This document shows positions 60,136 through 64,000 of a DNA stretch of 64,000 nucleotides, in pieces. Source of the DNA: Gemmatimonadales bacterium. Its GTDB lineage: Bacteria > Gemmatimonadota > Gemmatimonadetes > Gemmatimonadales > GWC2-71-9. The stretch covers positions 4,605 to 68,604 of the forward strand of contig DASSQQ010000042.1 in assembly GCA_035702425.1 (NCBI GenBank), read 5' to 3'. A program made the translations under genes and the position numbers. Below the pieces are notes generated by a model. It worked only from the letters and a program-made list of their open reading frames with translations. It was not told the DNA's origin and did not search any database. Position 1 is the stretch's first letter. The number at the start of each line of letters is the position of its first letter.

Positions 60136-60942
60136 TTATTCAAAGGCCTTTCGCAGCTCGTCCGCGATGCGGACGAACGCCGAGGGCCGCGGTCCGCCGA
60201 TCAGGTGCTCGGGGCGGATCTCGCCCCGCTCCAGGCGGTCGAGCACCTGCTCGAGCGAGACCTGAATCCGCTCGCTATCGCCGCGATGGGTCCGCGCGAT
60301 CGCCACGACAAACGGGGCCAACACGACACCCGGCAGTAGTCCCAGCGCGCCGAACGGCACCATCACGGCAGCGATCGCGAGCGATCCCAGCCCTAAGACC
60401 ACGCCCGCGGCCAGCATACGGCGTGCGCGCCGCCGGCCCACGTCGGCGCTGAGACCGACGAGGCAGAAGCCGGGCTCGAGCGGCGTGACCTGGCCGGCGA
60501 TCTCTTCCGCGTTCGCGAGCGAGTAGCGGCGCCCGCGTTTGCCCAGCGCGCGCTGGATGCTGGCGAGCGCGCCCGCCTTGGGCTCCCACGTCGTGCGGTC
60601 GGGATAGCGCCGCTTCACCAGCAACGACTCTTCGTCGTCCATCCAGTGGCTGAGCGCTCGTTCGACCACCGCGCGATCGCCCGGCACCACGCGCTGCGCG
60701 CTCAGGCGACGCGGCCCGGTGAGCCAGGCGAAGAGTCCGCCCACCGCCGCGTCGGGCGCCCGGGTCTGCTCCTCCAGCATCGCCTGCCGGAGGTAGCGGG
60801 TGGGGATGCCGACGTCGCCTCCCAGCGCGATCACTTCCTGCTCGGTCAGCCCCTCGCCGATGTCGCGCTCGCCGGCCTGCAGCTCGGCGGCGCGCTGGAT
60901 GATGCGCTCGAGCGCCTGCCGGCCGATCAGCTCTCCGGCCAC
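60136..60942 (-). CDS. hypothetical membrane-associated protein (two C-terminal TM segments)
   Basis: 268-aa ORF with good codon bias immediately downstream of the SPFH gene. No recognisable family. Confidence 0.45.
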   Translation of the reverse strand: MAGELIGRQALERIIQRAAELQAGERDIGEGLTEQEVIALGGDVGIPTRYLRQAMLEEQTRAPDAAVGGLFAWLTGPRRLSAQRVVPGDRAVVERALSHWMDDEESLLVKRRYPDRTTWEPKAGALASIQRALGKRGRRYSLANAEEIAGQVTPLEPGFCLVGLSADVGRRRARRMLAAGVVLGLGSLAIAAVMVPFGALGLLPGVVLAPFVVAIARTHRGDSERIQVSLEQVLDRLERGEIRPEHLIGGPRPSAFVRIADELRKAFE

Positions 60943-60943
60943 G

Positions 60944-61780
60944 TCAGGCGCGGGCCTTGCCCGCGGTGGACGGGGCGGGCACCGGTTCGCCGGAGGCGCG
61001 GGCGGGGAGCGCGGGCGTCGGGTCGCCGGCGCGGCGCCCGACCGCGTCGAGGAGGCCCTTGAAGAGGTCGATGGGGATGGGGAAGATCGTGGTCGAACTC
61101 TTCTCGGACGCGATCTCGCTGACGGTCTGCAGGTACCGGAGCTGGATCGCGGCCGGCTCGGAGCCGATGATCCGCGCGGCCTGCGCCAGCTTCTCCGACG
61201 CCTGGAGCTCGCCCTCGGCGTTGATGATCTTGGCCCGCCGTTCCCGCTCCGCTTCCGCCTGGCGCGCCATGGCGCGCTTCATCTCCGGCGGGAGGTCCAC
61301 GTCCTTCACTTCGACCGCCGACACTTCCACGCCCCAGTCTTCGGTGCGCTTGTCGATGATGTTCTTCAGGATCTCGTTGATCTTTTCGCGGTTCATCAGC
61401 AGCTCGTCCATCTCGGTCTCACCCAGCACCGAGCGGAGCGTGGTCTGGGCCAGCTGGCTCGTGGCGTAGAGGTAGTTCTCGACGCCGATCACCGCGCGCA
61501 CCGGGTCGGCCACGCGCATGTAGAGCACCGCGTTCACCTTGATCGAGATGTTGTCCCGCGTGATCACGTCCTGGGGCGGGATGTCCAGCGCGATCACCCG
61601 GAGCGACACCTTCTGCACCTTGGTGAGGAGGGGCGGCAGGAATACCAGGCCCGGGCCCTTGGCGCCCCAGGAACGGCCCAGGAAGAAGACCACGCCGCGC
61701 TCGTACTCGCGGAAGACGTTGAGCGCCGCGAAGGCGTACAGCACGACGACGCCGACCGCGGGGAGCAGGAATTCGTTCAT
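60944..61780 (-). CDS. SPFH/band-7 (stomatin-like) protein
   Basis: N-terminal TM, then the SPFH domain and a coiled-coil region ([30 protein letters not shown]). Confidence 0.85.
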   Translation of the reverse strand: MNEFLLPAVGVVVLYAFAALNVFREYERGVVFFLGRSWGAKGPGLVFLPPLLTKVQKVSLRVIALDIPPQDVITRDNISIKVNAVLYMRVADPVRAVIGVENYLYATSQLAQTTLRSVLGETEMDELLMNREKINEILKNIIDKRTEDWGVEVSAVEVKDVDLPPEMKRAMARQAEAERERRAKIINAEGELQASEKLAQAARIIGSEPAAIQLRYLQTVSEIASEKSSTTIFPIPIDLFKGLLDAVGRRAGDPTPALPARASGEPVPAPSTAGKARA

Positions 61781-61790
61781 GGCGACTCCT

Positions 61791-62996
61791 CTAGGCGGGG
61801 AAGGCTTCGACGATCACCGCGGCGCCCTGACCGCCGCCGATGCACGCCGAGCCCAGCCCGTAGCGCTTCCCCTGCTTCGCGAGCGCGTGCAGGAGATGAA
61901 TGGTGATGCGGGTGCCGGTCGCGGCGAGGGGATGCCCGATGGCGATGGCGCCGCCGTGCACGTTGGTCCGGGCGCGGTCCAGGCCCAGCTCCTTCTCGAC
62001 CGCGAGGTACTGCGGCGCGAACGCCTCGTTCACTTCCACCAGATCCATCTGGTCGAGCTTCAGGCCCGCCTTGGCGAGCGCCTTGCGCGCCGCGGGCGCG
62101 GGCCCGATCCCCATGTACTTGGGCTCCACGCCGACCACCGCCCAGGCGACGAGGCGTCCCAGCGCCTTCGCACCCCGGGCTTTCGCGAACTCCTCGCTCG
62201 CGATCACCGTCGCCGCGCCGCCGTCGCAGATGCCGGACGCGTTGCCCGCGGTGACGAGGCCGTCCTTCTTGAAGTAGGGCTTGAGCGAGAGCAAGACGTC
62301 GAGCGTGGTCTCGGGACGCATGTGCTCGTCGGCACGGAACTCCGCCGTCTGGCCCTTCTTTTTCACCGGCACGCCGATCACTTCGTCCGTGAACACGCAG
62401 TCGTCCCACGCCTTCTTGGCCCGCTGCTGCGACCCGAGGGCCACTTCGTCCACCTCCCGGCGTGCCAGGTGGTATTTCTCCGCCAGGTTCTCGGCGGTCT
62501 CCGCCATCGAGAAGCCGCATTGCGGGTCCTTGAGGGACTCCCAGAGCAGGTCCTCGAACGCCGCCTGGGGCCCGAGCCGGATGCCCCAGCGCGCGCCGCG
62601 CACCACGTGCGGCGCCTGGCTCATGGACTCGGCGCCGCCCGCGAGGACGGCGTCGGCTTCGCCGAGGAGAATGAGCTGAGCGCCCTGGGTGATGGCTTCG
62701 AAGCCGGAGCCGCAGAGGCGGTTCACGGTGACGGCGGGCGTTTCGATGGGGAGGCCGGCCTTGAGCGCCACGTGGCGGGCCAGATAGATCGCGTCGGACG
62801 AGGTCTGAAGCGCGTTGCCGAAGACGGCGTGGCCGAGATCGGCGGGCTTTACGCCGGAGCGCGCGATGGCCTCCTTCGCCGCGGCCGCGCCGAGATCGAT
62901 CGCCGAAATGTCCTTGAGCGAGCCGCCGAAGGTTCCGAAACCGGTTCTGACGCCGGAAAGGAAAACGACGTCTTTATTGGCACCCTGGGTCTTCAC
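61791..62996 (-). CDS. acetyl-CoA C-acetyltransferase (thiolase II)
   Basis: Thiolase motifs VNRLCGSG (active Cys), [17 protein letters not shown] and [12 protein letters not shown]. Confidence 0.9.
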   Translation of the reverse strand: MKTQGANKDVVFLSGVRTGFGTFGGSLKDISAIDLGAAAAKEAIARSGVKPADLGHAVFGNALQTSSDAIYLARHVALKAGLPIETPAVTVNRLCGSGFEAITQGAQLILLGEADAVLAGGAESMSQAPHVVRGARWGIRLGPQAAFEDLLWESLKDPQCGFSMAETAENLAEKYHLARREVDEVALGSQQRAKKAWDDCVFTDEVIGVPVKKKGQTAEFRADEHMRPETTLDVLLSLKPYFKKDGLVTAGNASGICDGGAATVIASEEFAKARGAKALGRLVAWAVVGVEPKYMGIGPAPAARKALAKAGLKLDQMDLVEVNEAFAPQYLAVEKELGLDRARTNVHGGAIAIGHPLAATGTRITIHLLHALAKQGKRYGLGSACIGGGQGAAVIVEAFPA

Positions 62997-63053
62997 GGGG
63001 AGAACTCCGGGAGAAAGTCGTTCAGAAAGCGGAATATACCCGCCACCCCTCCC

Positions 63054-64000
63054 CTAGACGAGAGCCGCGATGGCCTCGGCGACATCTCGGGTTGTCGCCT
63101 TCCCGCCGATGTCGGGCGTGCGCGCGCCCCGGGCGATCGCCTCGCGCACCGCGCGCTCGAGGTCGCGCGCCGGCTCCGGGTGTCCCAGCTGCTCCAGCAT
63201 CAGCGCGCCGGTGAGGACGGTGGCGACGGGGTTCGCCACGCCCTTGCCCTTGAGCGGCGGCGCCGATCCGTGCACCGGCTCGAAGAGGCCGGCGCGCCCG
63301 GGGCGCAGGTTGGCGGACGCGGAGATCCCAAGCCCGCCGATGAGGCCGGCGCCCAGGTCCGACAGAATGTCGCCGTAGAGATTGTTGGTGACGATCACCT
63401 GAAAGCGCTCGGGCTCGCGCACCATCTCCATCGCCAGCGCGTCCACGAAGCGGTGCTCGGCCGCGATGCCGGAGAATTCGGCCGCGATCCGCTTGAATTG
63501 CTCCTGCCACACCCGGTGCGCGGGCACGGCGTTCGACTTGTCGCTCATGGTGACGCGGGTCTTGCCGTGCGCTTGCGCCCACTCGAAGGCGGCGCGGATG
63601 ATGCGCTCCACCCCGCGCTCGGTGTTCACTTCTTCCGCGATGTACTCGCCGTTGCCGATCCGGCCCCGGCCCAGGTAGACGCCCTCCGTATTCTCGCGGA
63701 AGATCACGAAGTCGATCGCGGGGCCGGACGTCGGGGCGCTCCGGCCGGCGACGGTCTTCCCCCGCAGCGGCGTGAGGTCGGGATGCAGCAACGTCACCGG
63801 ACGAAAATTGACGTAGAGATCGAGGCGGAAGCGGAGACCGAGCAGGATGTCCCGCGCGTGCTCGTTGCCGGGGACCCTGGGGTCGCCGATGGCGCCGAGG
63901 AGGATGGCGTCCACGTCGTCCCGCAGATGATTGAAGGCGTGGTCAGGGAGGGTTTCGCCGGTGGCGAGATAATGGTCGGCGGAGTAGGGCAGGCGCTCGA
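63054..64000 (-). CDS. isocitrate/isopropylmalate dehydrogenase-family enzyme (tartrate-dehydrogenase-like). 5' end lies beyond the window
   Basis: NLYGDILSDLGAGLIGGLGISASANL and GSAPPLKGKGVANP are signature regions of the family. The reading frame continues open to position 64000. Confidence 0.8.
   Translation of the reverse strand, partial: ERLPYSADHYLATGETLPDHAFNHLRDDVDAILLGAIGDPRVPGNEHARDILLGLRFRLDLYVNFRPVTLLHPDLTPLRGKTVAGRSAPTSGPAIDFVIFRENTEGVYLGRGRIGNGEYIAEEVNTERGVERIIRAAFEWAQAHGKTRVTMSDKSNAVPAHRVWQEQFKRIAAEFSGIAAEHRFVDALAMEMVREPERFQVIVTNNLYGDILSDLGAGLIGGLGISASANLRPGRAGLFEPVHGSAPPLKGKGVANPVATVLTGALMLEQLGHPEPARDLERAVREAIARGARTPDIGGKATTRDVAEAIAALV

Overview
This is a high-GC (~70%) bacterial chromosomal segment, densely coded on both strands. 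No transposases, integrases, CRISPR arrays or rRNA genes were found. Gene content and the clade II nos cluster suggest a Gemmatimonadetes-like organism, but that is an inference only.

Main content in order:
- Two tandem glutamine synthetases (GSI-beta with the LYDL adenylylation motif, then GSI-alpha).
- An Omp85-family outer-membrane protein and a transglutaminase-like DUF3857 protein.
- An ankyrin-repeat protein, a phosphofructokinase with the PPi-type signature, tRNA-Cys(GCA), and a SulP anion transporter.
- A clade II (atypical, Sec-exported) nitrous-oxide reductase cluster: lipoprotein cytochrome c, nosZ, nosB, nosD, nosF, nosY. It has four consecutive overlapping start/stop junctions and no nosL or nosR.
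- A stress/regulatory block: two tandem-domain UspA genes, a CBS protein, a GAF histidine kinase, and an OmpR/histidine-kinase pair next to a P1B-type ATPase carrying a TPCP motif and an orphan hydrogenase-maturation-protease-like gene.
- Aconitase A, co-translated with a small membrane protein.
- A DUF1501/DUF1800 pair and a CcdA/TlpA thiol-redox pair. Next to these is a Bcp-type peroxiredoxin whose peroxidatic Cys codon is an in-frame TGA followed by a SECIS-like hairpin, making it a candidate selenoprotein.
- A KirBac-type K+ channel.
- An EF-G paralog with a degenerate P-loop and a His-to-Tyr switch-II substitution.
- Duplicated beta-propeller lipoproteins flanking an AIM24 gene.
- A six-gene same-strand cluster: two Ddl-like ATP-grasp ligases, a GNAT, a KamA-like radical-SAM aminomutase, N-carbamoylputrescine amidase and agmatine deiminase. 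This looks like a candidate novel beta-amino-acid/polyamine-conjugate pathway.
- thyX, an FAD-linked oxidase, three tandem lipoprotein paralogs, a butyrate-type beta-oxidation pair (hbd, thiolase), a stomatin-family protein, and a truncated isocitrate/isopropylmalate-dehydrogenase-family gene at the window edge.

Non-coding signals:
- Two copies of a ~80-bp palindromic heptamer-repeat element (AATCCGC/GCGGATT).
- A G-tract repeat in a divergent promoter.
- Several strong intergenic hairpins.
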